In this document: piece by piece, positions 39,005-48,474 of the stretch
Layout: every line of letters starts with the position of its first letter
Position numbering within the stretch: position 1 is the first letter of the stretch
Sequence record: MZ443780.1
DNA length: 64,000 nucleotides
Direction: 5' to 3' (one strand)
Program-made: the position numbers and the translations under genes
Notes under the pieces: generated by a model
Told to the model about the DNA's origin: nothing
Databases searched by the model: none
What the model saw: only the letters and a program-made list of their open reading frames with translations

Positions 39005-39655
39005 TTAAACTTCTACTTTACCTTTTTTCTTGGTCTTCGCAGCTTTACGCGCGCCGGCTTTCTGAGCAGCAGTGCCTTTATGAGTTACGGCTTTTTGCGT
39101 AGTCTCTTTGCCTTTTTTCAGGCGTGGCATTGGTTTCAGTTTTGGCTTCTTCAGGGTAACAGCTTTAGGCTGTACTTTTGGAGTTACCAGTTTGCCGTTC
39201 TTGATCGCAGGCTTACGAGCTTTACGCGCGGCCAGACGAGCTTTCTGTTTCGCGATCAGGTTGCTGTAACCAGCTTTCTGTTTCGCGGCCAGGTTGGAAC
39301 GAGCGATTGCCTGACGTTTCAGCAGCAGCTTGCGGATCTGAGCCTGGGATTTCTGAGTGGTTTTCAGACCGGCCTGGTATTTAGCCAGACGCTCTTTCAG
39401 GCGCTGTTCGATGCTTTTGCCTTTCGCTTTCTTAGCCTGCTTACGCAGGTGAGTAGCACGTTCGTTGTCGAACTTTTTCTCAGAAGCGGTACGCGCTGGC
39501 TTTTTAGCTTTAGCGGCCTTAGGTGCTTTGGTCGCTTTAGGCGCCTTAGCAGCTTTCGGTGCTTTTGCTTTTTTAGCTTTAGGCGCTTTCGCAGCCGCAG
39601 GCTTTTTGGTCATCTTTGGATCTTTGGTGCTTTTCAGTTTGCGTTTTACGGCCAT
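39005..39655 (-). CDS. Histone H1-like Lys/Ala/Pro-rich basic protein
   Basis: 216 aa; AKAPKAKKAKAPKAAKAPKATKAPKAAKAKKP repeats and very few acidic residues. Confidence 0.75.
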   Translation of the reverse strand: MAVKRKLKSTKDPKMTKKPAAAKAPKAKKAKAPKAAKAPKATKAPKAAKAKKPARTASEKKFDNERATHLRKQAKKAKGKSIEQRLKERLAKYQAGLKTTQKSQAQIRKLLLKRQAIARSNLAAKQKAGYSNLIAKQKARLAARKARKPAIKNGKLVTPKVQPKAVTLKKPKLKPMPRLKKGKETTQKAVTHKGTAAQKAGARKAAKTKKKGKVEV

Positions 39656-39774
39656 GATTATATCCTCAAGTTACAATTGAACTTTCGTCCTGTAGGACAT
39701 TAAGTTTTTGAAATCAGCATGTAAAAATTAGTATAATCCCTGAGACTTTTATCAGGAAATTTCCTAAATCTTTT

Positions 39775-40854
39775 TTACATAGCAGTATACCCTATTTCAG
39801 ATAACACCGCGTCAAGTTCCTTGCGAGCGCGAACCCGCAAGGACTTTTTAATTCCCGAAGCCTTTAGGTAATCCTTAAGGCCATCGCGTGGGTCAATATC
39901 CGCGAGCGTTAACTCACTAACATCAACTGTATCTATATTATCGAGATCGACGCGTTTATTCGTGGAATTTAATTGGGAAATATTAGGGACACGAGTACGA
40001 ATATCTGCTGGGATTGACACGGTATCTTTGACGATAACACGGTATCGAATCGCAGGGTTTACCACAAGGCGAGACCAGTCTTTCTGATTTTCAATTGCAA
40101 CGGTTTCTAATCTAAACCCAGGCTTGCTGTCAACGAACTTCCGTTGAACCACCAGCTCACCTTTCTTGTAGAAGGCGCGAATGTGGATGAACCCTTTAGG
40201 CAGCGCTTCACCAAACGTTTTCTGGTAAGGTGAACCACAATACTCAAAGCGCTTCTTCTCAAGTACCTGAGCAAGGTGGATGTGACCACTAATCGTATAG
40301 TCACGCGGGTCTACCTTGATATCCTGTTTCGCTTTAAGCGGACGACCGTTATCACCAAGCGCACCGATAGCTTCAACGTGACAGAAGTTCAGGCAAGGCT
40401 TCTTGTGCTTGATACTCTCACGCGCAGGGTGCGGCAGGAAGTTTACGATAACACCATCGATCTCTACCTGCTCGGGTCTGAGGTAGATGTGTAACGACTT
40501 GAGGAAGTCCCACTCACAGAACGTCTTAATCAAGTCCATGCTGGTGGACGTCATATCCGCCCAGTCGTGGTTGCCACCACAGTACCAAGTGTCGATAACA
40601 CCTTCGTACTTGAGGAAGAACTGCATCAGCTTGCGCTTCGTGTCATCTTCCATGCGGAACTTATCAGTAATGTCGCCCGGAACAAAGATGTGACGAATAC
40701 CGTGCTCTAACGCGTACTGATAGATACGGTTGAGCGTTTCGAGTTGGCGGTCAATGTGATCAGTAGGGAAGTGATTCGACAACCCTTCGAGATGCCAATC
40801 GGACGTTACCAGTGCTTCCAACATCTCTGCTACTTTCTTCTTCTTTTTCATCAC
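39775..40854 (-). CDS. SbcD/Mre11-like metallophosphoesterase nuclease
   Basis: SDWHL, PGDITD, GGNHD, SGHIH, YCGSPYQ. Confidence 0.85.
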   Translation of the reverse strand: MMKKKKKVAEMLEALVTSDWHLEGLSNHFPTDHIDRQLETLNRIYQYALEHGIRHIFVPGDITDKFRMEDDTKRKLMQFFLKYEGVIDTWYCGGNHDWADMTSTSMDLIKTFCEWDFLKSLHIYLRPEQVEIDGVIVNFLPHPARESIKHKKPCLNFCHVEAIGALGDNGRPLKAKQDIKVDPRDYTISGHIHLAQVLEKKRFEYCGSPYQKTFGEALPKGFIHIRAFYKKGELVVQRKFVDSKPGFRLETVAIENQKDWSRLVVNPAIRYRVIVKDTVSIPADIRTRVPNISQLNSTNKRVDLDNIDTVDVSELTLADIDPRDGLKDYLKASGIKKSLRVRARKELDAVLSEIGYTAM

Positions 40855-40928
40855 TACAATCCACAGGTTTCTTTGTAGGCTATTTACAGATCATAGGTGA
40901 CTGTAAGGTAGGTTTGTGATCAGAAATG

Positions 40929-40955
40929 AAAAGAGGCAGCCGAAGCCACCTCTTT
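40929..40955 (-). terminator. Terminator of the repeated family
   Basis: AAAGAGGTGGC-TTCG-GCTGCCTCTTTT. Confidence 0.85.
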
Positions 40956-40958
40956 GAT

Positions 40959-42845
40959 TTACTTCATTGCCGCAAGACGTTTACGGCGCGCTTTGGCTTC
41001 TTCGCGCATGTAGACGACTTCTTCCTTTGCTTGGGCAAGAGCAAGTTCAAGCGCACGATCACAAATGGCCTCAATGACCTGCTCAGGCGTTTCAGTGGTC
41101 TGCACGATCAGGTTGCCGCTACGTGAAAGCATCTCAGCATTAGGATAGAGTTCCTCTCTAGCCTGTCCGATACACAGTTCGTCGTCAATATCAATACGGT
41201 AGATCAGTGTGTGAATCTCCGTCTTCTTGAACTTGTGTTCCTTACGCTCAAGCATAGCACGTAACTTAGAACGGAAATCTCGGCGTGGGTCAATCGCCAC
41301 ATACTTCCAACCGTCGAATACTTTCTTCGCACACTCGTAGTAACGATCGTCCACACTGTTCTTGTTGCGCTCAAGACTCACAAGAGTCGCAGCAGGACAG
41401 AACGGTGACATGTTGGCGAGTGAACCTATAGCAGGTGCAAGCACATACTCAGCGCGGTAACTATCGCCAAGTTCGTATTCTTCATCAACATACTTGGTCT
41501 GCACGTCACCTGTATTGATACGAGATGCGTTGTACCAGAATGCGCTCTCAGGGTTGTTGGTGTATTTGACGAACGACCAAATCTGAGACAGAGCAGCAGG
41601 GTACGACCAATTGTGAAGACTGTCTTCTCGGTTGCTGTAGAAGTCTACGTCACCCAGATTCGCATCAAGGAAGTTCTGACGTCTATCACGCGGTAACTTG
41701 TCGATGAAGATAGCCATAGCTCTAGGTCTACTGGACATCTTCTCCCACAGCATGAGCGTAGTTGGATCGTCAACACCAAGAGTACCGAAGACGATATCAA
41801 TGAAGTCACCGAACTCTCGATAGTGTTTGTTGACTAACAGCTCGGTAGCGCTGCGCACATAGAACTTAGGCTGACCCCACTTCTCACGCGCAAGCGCGAC
41901 TGCAACGCTCGGATAGCGTTCGATATAACTCAGGGCAACGTCTTCCGCTTCTTTGTTCTTCGTAGCAGTCAGGCGTTTGATAAACGCGTTAACATCACCA
42001 TGCAGCATCGGGCTTTCGAGGTCATAGTCGAACTCTTCCCAGCGACGATCAGGATAGAGCTTGCTACTCAGTTCGTACATGCCCTTGCGTTCGGTAGTTG
42101 CAATGAACGGATTGATGTGTTCGTCCAACCACTCTTGCAGCACATGGACAAAAGGCATCTTAGAGTCAGGATAGGCGAACTCCACCAGATACAGAGCATT
42201 CACTTTCTCAGACCCGACAAACTTATCAGCAGCTTTCACCTTTGTGCGTTCGAAGTAAGGCTTGGCAAGACAGCGACCGATAGGCTTGTTAATGTTCTTG
42301 TCAGCAGGGTCAATCAGGTACGCAATCAGAGTACCACCAGCAATATCCTGTTTGACATACTTCTTGTTCGAACCTGTCTTCACGTTCATGCAGCTAACCC
42401 ATCCACGGTCTGTGGACATGCCCGCAATATCATACGGGTGCATCGAGATGCAGATGAGTTGGCGGTTGCGCGTAGCATTCACAATAGACTTGCGATTCGG
42501 ATCAGAGTCGAACATCTTTTTCAGTTCGGCATTCTTCGAAAGCACACGGCCGATTTTAACGATACGACCATGAGAGTCTTTCGCAGTACCTGTCAGGTAA
42601 TCGACAAGCACCATATCTTTTTCCATCAAAGCGTCTACGATCTGAATTGGAGGCTTGACGTTCTGCGCAACGTTTTTGATCACGTTGTCGCTCTTTGCGT
42701 CGATGTAGATACGCATGGCCTTGTGGCCTTTCTTGCCGCTAATCTTTTCGAAAAGACTAAGCAACGTGGGATTTGGTTTCCATCCCTTTCTATACTTACG
42801 ATAGATAGAAGGAGGTAACGCAGAGAGACTTACTTGAATTTCCAT
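40959..42845 (-). CDS. Hypothetical protein with the MEIQVSLS leader
   Basis: 628 aa, preceded by CGCTAATTTT. Confidence 0.65.
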   Translation of the reverse strand: MEIQVSLSALPPSIYRKYRKGWKPNPTLLSLFEKISGKKGHKAMRIYIDAKSDNVIKNVAQNVKPPIQIVDALMEKDMVLVDYLTGTAKDSHGRIVKIGRVLSKNAELKKMFDSDPNRKSIVNATRNRQLICISMHPYDIAGMSTDRGWVSCMNVKTGSNKKYVKQDIAGGTLIAYLIDPADKNINKPIGRCLAKPYFERTKVKAADKFVGSEKVNALYLVEFAYPDSKMPFVHVLQEWLDEHINPFIATTERKGMYELSSKLYPDRRWEEFDYDLESPMLHGDVNAFIKRLTATKNKEAEDVALSYIERYPSVAVALAREKWGQPKFYVRSATELLVNKHYREFGDFIDIVFGTLGVDDPTTLMLWEKMSSRPRAMAIFIDKLPRDRRQNFLDANLGDVDFYSNREDSLHNWSYPAALSQIWSFVKYTNNPESAFWYNASRINTGDVQTKYVDEEYELGDSYRAEYVLAPAIGSLANMSPFCPAATLVSLERNKNSVDDRYYECAKKVFDGWKYVAIDPRRDFRSKLRAMLERKEHKFKKTEIHTLIYRIDIDDELCIGQAREELYPNAEMLSRSGNLIVQTTETPEQVIEAICDRALELALAQAKEEVVYMREEAKARRKRLAAMK

Positions 42846-42904
42846 TAGCGTTTCTCAGTGTTCGAATGGTGCAAAAAATTAGCGTAGAAATGACAAACGC
42901 CCCG

Positions 42905-43414
42905 TTAGGAGCGTCTATTGAATTTGAGCCAGTCATTCCACCAGTAGGCAACAGGCTTGTTTTGTTTGAGTGCGTAGTCGATGCAGTTCTGCGTACCAGA
43001 AGGAGCACCGCAGCACAGGGAGATCAATCTGTCTGTCTCATCGACCATGTAGTGATTTCGTTTGTTCAGAGCAAATCCTGCTTGACCATCCATGTGCTCC
43101 CAATCTTCTTTCGAAGTGACTATGCGCACCTCATGACTTTTGTTGAGCAGACCATCAAGTTCAAACACGCTACTGATTGTCCATCTGGAATTGAACCCAG
43201 GATAAGGCAGACATGAAACAACTTTGTGGCCTAGGTCGATTGCAGCAGTCGCTACTGCCATATCGAAACCTAGAGCACACCCCACATAGATGATAGCATC
43301 GTCCTCTATCGCAAGGACTTTTCTACGAGCGAACGTATAGAGGCGGCGTTTCGCCTCAGGGCTAAAGCCTCCAAGATACTGAGGACGATGGCCAGTGAAG
43401 GATATCTTTTCCAT
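42905..43414 (-). CDS. YpsA-like SLOG-family protein
   Basis: SFTGHRPQ, GCALGFD, RNHYMVD, SGTQNCIDYA. Confidence 0.8.
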   Translation of the reverse strand: MEKISFTGHRPQYLGGFSPEAKRRLYTFARRKVLAIEDDAIIYVGCALGFDMAVATAAIDLGHKVVSCLPYPGFNSRWTISSVFELDGLLNKSHEVRIVTSKEDWEHMDGQAGFALNKRNHYMVDETDRLISLCCGAPSGTQNCIDYALKQNKPVAYWWNDWLKFNRRS

Positions 43415-43454
43415 GTAGGGTATTTACAGAAGCACTTCCCTGTGCGTGGTCTGC

Positions 43455-43820
43455 TTAGACGACTACTTCAAGCTGGTGGTCACCTGAGTTCCACACCATC
43501 TCACGAATGTTGCGTGGCATGATGATGCAGCCGCTTGATGCAGTGCCTGGCGCTTTAATGCTGTCACCATGCATCTGGAATGCAGAGCGACCGAACATCA
43601 CGTTGTCAGCAGCAGGAGTCAAGTCCATTGCGTATGGTCCTGTCTTTGCGCTGGTGCGTGGTGCGTTCAACGTATAGTGACCGACAGGCAGTGGTCCCAT
43701 GCCAACAACTGCTTGCGACTCGTGCTTGTTCTTGTGCTGGCCTTTACCTGCATAGCCGGTAGCGACAACTTTACCTGCTGCGTTATACAGGCGGCCTGTA
43801 GTTTGCTCATATTTCCACAT
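43455..43820 (-). CDS. Tlde1/DUF2778-like L,D-transpeptidase-fold protein
   Basis: Start MWKYEQ at 43820 (GGAG RBS); GYAGKG, GPLPVGHY, RSAFQMHGD, ASSGCII. Confidence 0.75.
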   Translation of the reverse strand: MWKYEQTTGRLYNAAGKVVATGYAGKGQHKNKHESQAVVGMGPLPVGHYTLNAPRTSAKTGPYAMDLTPAADNVMFGRSAFQMHGDSIKAPGTASSGCIIMPRNIREMVWNSGDHQLEVVV

Positions 43821-43845
43821 AGGTACTCCAATATGTGTATAATGG

Positions 43846-43877
43846 AAAAAGGGCCTACACCTTTCGATGCAAGCCCC
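43846..43877 (-). terminator. Rho-independent terminator
   Basis: GGGCTTGCATC-GAAA-GGTGTAGGCCC followed by TTTTT. Confidence 0.8.
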
Positions 43878-44021
43878 AGTATTAGACGATGATCGTCTTA
43901 ACAACGTTACGGTTCTTCTTTGGGTCGAACCACACTTCTTCAATAATCTTGCCCATGCCAAAGTTTATCATCTGCACAGTGCGTCGGCTGACGAGTTGCA
44001 GACGTTTAGACTGGAACATGA

Positions 44022-44531
44022 TTACTCCTTAATCATTTTGACACGCGTGTGGTCGAAGATGCCAAACGTTGGTACGTCATGGTGTTCGCCCTCGTTGCCC
44101 TTGATCGAGTCATATCCCGCAAGGCGCAGAATCTTACTGATCTCAGTGTATTCATCCCACCACATATACACGCGCTTGTGCATACCTTCTGGGATTACTT
44201 TTGCCAACGTGTCTAATCGTTTGACAAGGGTCATCGCCTCATCTTTGCCCACCAGCTTTAACTGAAAGGCTTCCATGATGAGTTGCTTCACTCGTCTATG
44301 AATCTCAGCGAACTTTACTTCCGTCCACAGAGAACGGAATTTCAGGCTGGCGTACCTGCCTGGGTCCGCATGAAATCGGTAGAGTCTCCCACCTTCTGCA
44401 TACTTCTCAGCATACGCACGATCTGGTGTTACCCAAGTCATGTGCTGCTTCTTCGCATGATCGTCAGACCAATCTTCGGCCAGACCGCGATAGTAGATGG
44501 TGGGAGAACTCAGACTGACAAAGATCTGCAA
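44022..44531 (-). CDS. Putative ADP-ribosyltransferase-fold protein with the MQIFVSLS leader
   Basis: IYYRG, WVTPDRAYAEKYA, LAGYDSI, GIFDHTRVK resemble the pattern of ART-like polyvalent-protein domains. Confidence 0.45.
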   Translation of the reverse strand: MQIFVSLSSPTIYYRGLAEDWSDDHAKKQHMTWVTPDRAYAEKYAEGGRLYRFHADPGRYASLKFRSLWTEVKFAEIHRRVKQLIMEAFQLKLVGKDEAMTLVKRLDTLAKVIPEGMHKRVYMWWDEYTEISKILRLAGYDSIKGNEGEHHDVPTFGIFDHTRVKMIKE

Positions 44532-45611
44532 CTACTTGCCGCCTTTCATCCATGAGTTCTGGGCGGCCATACGATCGACCTTCTTGAACTTCTGGAGACG
44601 TTTGATAGATGCTTCCAAACCTTTACGCGCAGACTGCAAGCTGGAGCCAGGTACTGAACCGCCACCATTGCCTCCGAAGTTAGCGAAGCTATCCCACTTG
44701 CCTGTTTTAGGGTTCTTGCTCATACGATAGCTTGCAGTACCGAGTTTGTACTCGATGCTGTTACCTTTGACGCGGAACTTGCCTTTGTCAACACCGCCTT
44801 TCTCAATAAGGCTCTTAACGATGTTGGAGATATCTTTCGAAGCTGGGGCATGATCGTGAGCGTCAATAGACACTTTAGTGCCCGGCACACGACTGGTGGT
44901 ATAGCTGTCCAGAGGAACCTTGCCCGCCATAGGCCTTTCTTTATCTGAATTGCCTTTCAGCATATCATCCAGACTTTTGGCGCCAGCTTTCTTTGTAGGC
45001 GTCTTCGTAGCTTTGGTATCTGCTGCGCGCTTCTTGGTAGTAGTGGCAGCCTTGCCTGTCTTTTTATCGCCTTTAGCACCAATCTCACTGAACTTGTCTT
45101 CGCGCATAAACTTAGGCTTGAACATACCGCGCTTACCAGTGACACCAAACTCAGTCAGCTTGATCGCACGAACAGCCTTCAATGCTTTGGCAAGACCCGG
45201 GCCTGACAGTACAAGGTCAGAGGCAGACAGTGGCAGATTCAAGCCGCCCAGATGATGTTTCTTAGCGTGGGCATTTGCTTCTTTGATAAGAGCTTTCGCC
45301 TGCTTAATGTCAGCAGAAGATTTTGCTTTTTCTGTTTTGTAGGTTTCACGCAGAGCAGTCTTACGTGGGCCTTTAGGTGTTTGGCCAGCTTTGGTGAAAG
45401 CAGTAGCTGCTTTAATGCGAGCAGACATACCGCTAATAGCGGCAGTCTTGGCTTTCTTCAAAAGACCAACAACAGCTTGCAGTTCAGGCTTTGACTCGGT
45501 CGCTACAACCAAAGTAGAAGCACCGCCGACTTTGGCCATTTTGTATACAGATTTCTTTGCCGCAGACTCAGACAGTAGATTGTCTGCGATATTGATTTTA
45601 ATTAGTGCCAT
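44532..45611 (-). CDS. Lys/Ala-rich basic protein, possible internal virion protein
   Basis: Start MALIKINIADNLLSESAAKK at 45611 (GAGG RBS). Confidence 0.6.
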   Translation of the reverse strand: MALIKINIADNLLSESAAKKSVYKMAKVGGASTLVVATESKPELQAVVGLLKKAKTAAISGMSARIKAATAFTKAGQTPKGPRKTALRETYKTEKAKSSADIKQAKALIKEANAHAKKHHLGGLNLPLSASDLVLSGPGLAKALKAVRAIKLTEFGVTGKRGMFKPKFMREDKFSEIGAKGDKKTGKAATTTKKRAADTKATKTPTKKAGAKSLDDMLKGNSDKERPMAGKVPLDSYTTSRVPGTKVSIDAHDHAPASKDISNIVKSLIEKGGVDKGKFRVKGNSIEYKLGTASYRMSKNPKTGKWDSFANFGGNGGGSVPGSSLQSARKGLEASIKRLQKFKKVDRMAAQNSWMKGGK

Positions 45612-45622
45612 TTTTGAGTTCC

Positions 45623-46228
45623 TCAAATCAAGGCATGACCAGGGAGGTCGAAGTTTTTACCGGCGGCATAATCACCCAATGCCTGATACAGCGAGTTACG
45701 CAGCATCTGACCGATGATATCTGAGTTGTGCGCTGACGGGTCCTTGAAAGCAACCTCGATCGCATCAGTGCGTGGGTTGACTACGGCGTAACGCAGAGGA
45801 CAAATCGTCTGCACTTTACACCAAGTGTCCACACGATCTTGCAGTTCAGGTGTCATCTGAATTTTGAAGTCAGACAACTGAAACACAAGACTCTGAATAG
45901 GTGGAGGCGCGGATAAGGAGATGAACTTCCCGTTAGCGTTCAGTCTCTCCATAGCCATAGCCGCGTCGTAGATCGACTGATAGCCTTCACTGACAGTAGT
46001 GAGGCCACTCAGTTTAAAGCTATGCGTTGTCAATCCTTTGCGAATCAACTTGGCGATTTTGAGTTCGTAATCACCAGAATCATCCCGCATGAAAGTGACG
46101 AACGCGTAGAAGGCGAAACCATCATCTTCACGTAAAAGTCTGTGATCTAATACGCGAAAGCCCACGACACTTTGCAGTGCCTGGGCTGTGATTTGCGTCG
46201 CCTTAGAAAGGGAAACGTAAATTTCCAT
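45623..46228 (-). CDS. Hypothetical protein with the MEIYVSLS leader (second ISLSA internally)
   Basis: 201 aa. Confidence 0.65.
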   Translation of the reverse strand: MEIYVSLSKATQITAQALQSVVGFRVLDHRLLREDDGFAFYAFVTFMRDDSGDYELKIAKLIRKGLTTHSFKLSGLTTVSEGYQSIYDAAMAMERLNANGKFISLSAPPPIQSLVFQLSDFKIQMTPELQDRVDTWCKVQTICPLRYAVVNPRTDAIEVAFKDPSAHNSDIIGQMLRNSLYQALGDYAAGKNFDLPGHALI

Positions 46229-46563
46229 TAACGCAGACGAGCGAGAGCCTTTTTAGCTTCTGCCAGAGAAGGCTGAATATCACCTTCATCGTCGAACTCA
46301 CCTTCGTAGCGCAGGTCGATACCGGTGACGTTGAAGCCTTCGTCTTCGTCTTTGGTGATGATGCCGAAGCGAGCAGTGTCACCGTTAACGCCGATAAAGC
46401 GCATGTCGAGAATGTCGTTCGGACCACTCAGGTCAGACGGCATACCGTCGTCGATGATTGCGAACAGTGCTTTCTTGTCCAGACCCTTAAAGAAAGCAGC
46501 CAGTGCAGGTGCAGCAGATTGGGACTTAACAGCATCGTTCAGTTTCAGTTTGATCAGAGACAT
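46228..46563 (-). CDS. Hypothetical protein
   Basis: 111 aa; MSLIKLKLNDAVKSQSAA resembles the N-terminus of 44532..45611. Confidence 0.6.
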   Translation of the reverse strand: MSLIKLKLNDAVKSQSAAPALAAFFKGLDKKALFAIIDDGMPSDLSGPNDILDMRFIGVNGDTARFGIITKDEDEGFNVTGIDLRYEGEFDDEGDIQPSLAEAKKALARLR

Positions 46564-46565
46564 GG

Positions 46566-47138
46566 TCAGTTTACTCCAACTTGTTTAGTGATTGTGATAA
46601 CACGCTGGTACCAACCATAAATGTTATCTTCCTGAGTTTCGTCTGCCTTAGCGATGTTCTTCAACTTCGCAATACGGCAGCCGTTATAGGCATAAGCCAG
46701 AACTTTGATATCACGCACTTTGCAGTACGCAGCAAGAGCAGCGAGCGTCTTCGGACCGACGTTTGCAGCAGGTGCAAAGTCAGGGTAGAGCCTACCGCGA
46801 CCGTTGAGAATATTCAACTGGTCTTGCAATTCAGCGATTGCTGCTGGTGGCCCTGAGTTAACGGCGTAGTCAAACACCCACAGAGCCAGCTCCTGAGAAA
46901 ACTTGGCGATCTCATCGCACTTGCAGAAGTCCCAGAAGTTCTTGCTGTAGATAGCGTAAGCGATCTCATACGGCAAGTTTTGCATATCGCCAGTGTAACC
47001 GTAAGCGCGAGCATTCTTTTGAGTAACGCCCCAACGAGTCGGACCACCACGGTCTGCTGATCGATTCGTATAGGTAGAGCCGCCCTCACGGTCAATCACT
47101 TCGGCAATAGCGTTCTTACGAAACGTTAATGCGTCCAT
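46566..47138 (-). CDS. Glycoside hydrolase family 108 lysozyme with a C-terminal PG-binding domain (endolysin-like)
   Basis: REGG..Y....DRGGPTRWGVT, FDYAVNSG, LQDQLN, NIYGWYQR. Confidence 0.88.
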   Translation of the reverse strand: MDALTFRKNAIAEVIDREGGSTYTNRSADRGGPTRWGVTQKNARAYGYTGDMQNLPYEIAYAIYSKNFWDFCKCDEIAKFSQELALWVFDYAVNSGPPAAIAELQDQLNILNGRGRLYPDFAPAANVGPKTLAALAAYCKVRDIKVLAYAYNGCRIAKLKNIAKADETQEDNIYGWYQRVITITKQVGVN

Positions 47139-47164
47139 AATAGATTCCTCTTTTAGACGAACTA

Positions 47165-47174
47165 AAATTAGCGT
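47165..47174 (-). promoter_or_regulatory. Motif B, (C/A)TAATTT, often CGCTAATTTT (others near 8575, 11024, 14921, 35258, 38869, 39725, 42876, 48089, 54271, 56392)
   Basis: Recurs mostly 24-40 nt upstream of sheath, fibre, lysin and tag-bearing genes. Confidence 0.65.
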
Positions 47175-48049
47175 TAAACGGTTAACTTTTTATACTTAAA
47201 GCTGATCTTAGGTTGAGTCCCCGGATCAGCAGAGACAGGAACAAAATCATCACTAGACAGACTGATAAATGCCTTTAGTGCAGCGTGATAGCAAAATGCC
47301 TTGTCGAGAATAACTGATTCGTCTGCGAGATCTGCCTGACGTTGATACATGCGAGCATCAGTAGTCGATGCAGCGGAGAGCGCAGGCGTACCGTAACCGC
47401 TGTTAGCCACAACACCAGCACTGACAGCAGCTTGCAGCAGTTTAAACTCGGTAGATATTGAGGCACTTGTAGGTATCGCTATGGTTTTATCACAGGCCGA
47501 AACGTTCGTGGTAATCGAAGCAGTGTATGTAAACTGATTACCCTGATCGTGAACATAACGAAAACCTATATTGACTGTACCAGACTGACCGTAAGGACAG
47601 TTAGTACCTGCAAGCTGCACAGGAGGAAGGACAACTGTTGGGTCAGTCAAGTCTGCCATGCTCTTAACGCCGTACGTCAGAAACAGGGTTGTGTTGATAC
47701 CGACACCCATACCATAACTTTGTTCTTCGGCGAATGTAGTTAGGCCAGAGATAGTCCCAGCACCTGAGTATGACACGATATCAGTCGTTGCTTCGATGAG
47801 AGCAGATCTAAGTCGTGTGTACTTTAGAGGGCAGAAGTAATAGCGCCCAGCTTTGCGCCCACGAACAGTATTACAAAAGCCATTAAAGCCTAAAACGCTA
47901 CGAGCACGTTTCGCCAAGAGATTGGCATCTGTAAGGTTGGTTGCAGATACGGTTGGTTCTTCTCGACTGTCAAACAAGAATACATTTGGATGGGCATCAG
48001 TGGGTCCTGATAGTCCAGAAAAAGATGATATGTACTGCATGGTTTCCAC
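47174..48049 (-). CDS. Hypothetical protein
   Basis: 291 aa, S/T/G-rich, preceded by ATAATTT; may start at the ATG at 48040. Confidence 0.55.
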   Translation of the reverse strand: METMQYISSFSGLSGPTDAHPNVFLFDSREEPTVSATNLTDANLLAKRARSVLGFNGFCNTVRGRKAGRYYFCPLKYTRLRSALIEATTDIVSYSGAGTISGLTTFAEEQSYGMGVGINTTLFLTYGVKSMADLTDPTVVLPPVQLAGTNCPYGQSGTVNIGFRYVHDQGNQFTYTASITTNVSACDKTIAIPTSASISTEFKLLQAAVSAGVVANSGYGTPALSAASTTDARMYQRQADLADESVILDKAFCYHAALKAFISLSSDDFVPVSADPGTQPKISFKYKKLTV

Positions 48050-48108
48050 CTCAGAATATTGAGTAAAGGTGCTACGTACTTGACATAAAAATTATCTGTA
48101 GGAACGAC

Positions 48109-48128
48109 AAAAGGGGCCGAAGCCCCTT
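48109..48128 (-). terminator. Rho-independent terminator
   Basis: AAGGGGC-TTCG-GCCCCTTTT. Confidence 0.8.
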
Positions 48129-48474
48129 AGAATGTCCAACGTGTCAACCAAACGATCACTACAGGCCAGATGCCTATATGAGCCAAATAAGCAAAGCGCA
48201 TCAGCTTACCTTTGATGTACTTACCGATAACGATCTCATTCAATGCTCCGTACACGCCAGCAAAAGCAGAGAACAACAGAACGAGAAATGTAATCTGGTC
48301 TGTACTCATTTCAAAGATGCGATAGCCTGCTACGACGAATACCACACAGGAGAAACCGAGAGTCCCGTAGATAGACGATGAGGAAGCGTTCGGCTTGAAC
48401 ACGATATCGTACAGGCCAAAGCTCAACAGAATCGACAGCAGCATTAACGCTTGGTAATCGGATGACATGCGCAC
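48127..48474 (-). CDS. Small multi-pass membrane protein
   Basis: 115 aa with about four hydrophobic segments. Confidence 0.65.
   Translation of the reverse strand: MRMSSDYQALMLLSILLSFGLYDIVFKPNASSSSIYGTLGFSCVVFVVAGYRIFEMSTDQITFLVLLFSAFAGVYGALNEIVIGKYIKGKLMRFAYLAHIGIWPVVIVWLTRWTF

Noticed and set aside
38939-39703. 254-aa plus-strand ORF rich in F/L/S
   Set aside because: Antisense shadow of the Lys/Ala-rich gene; it starts inside a terminator.
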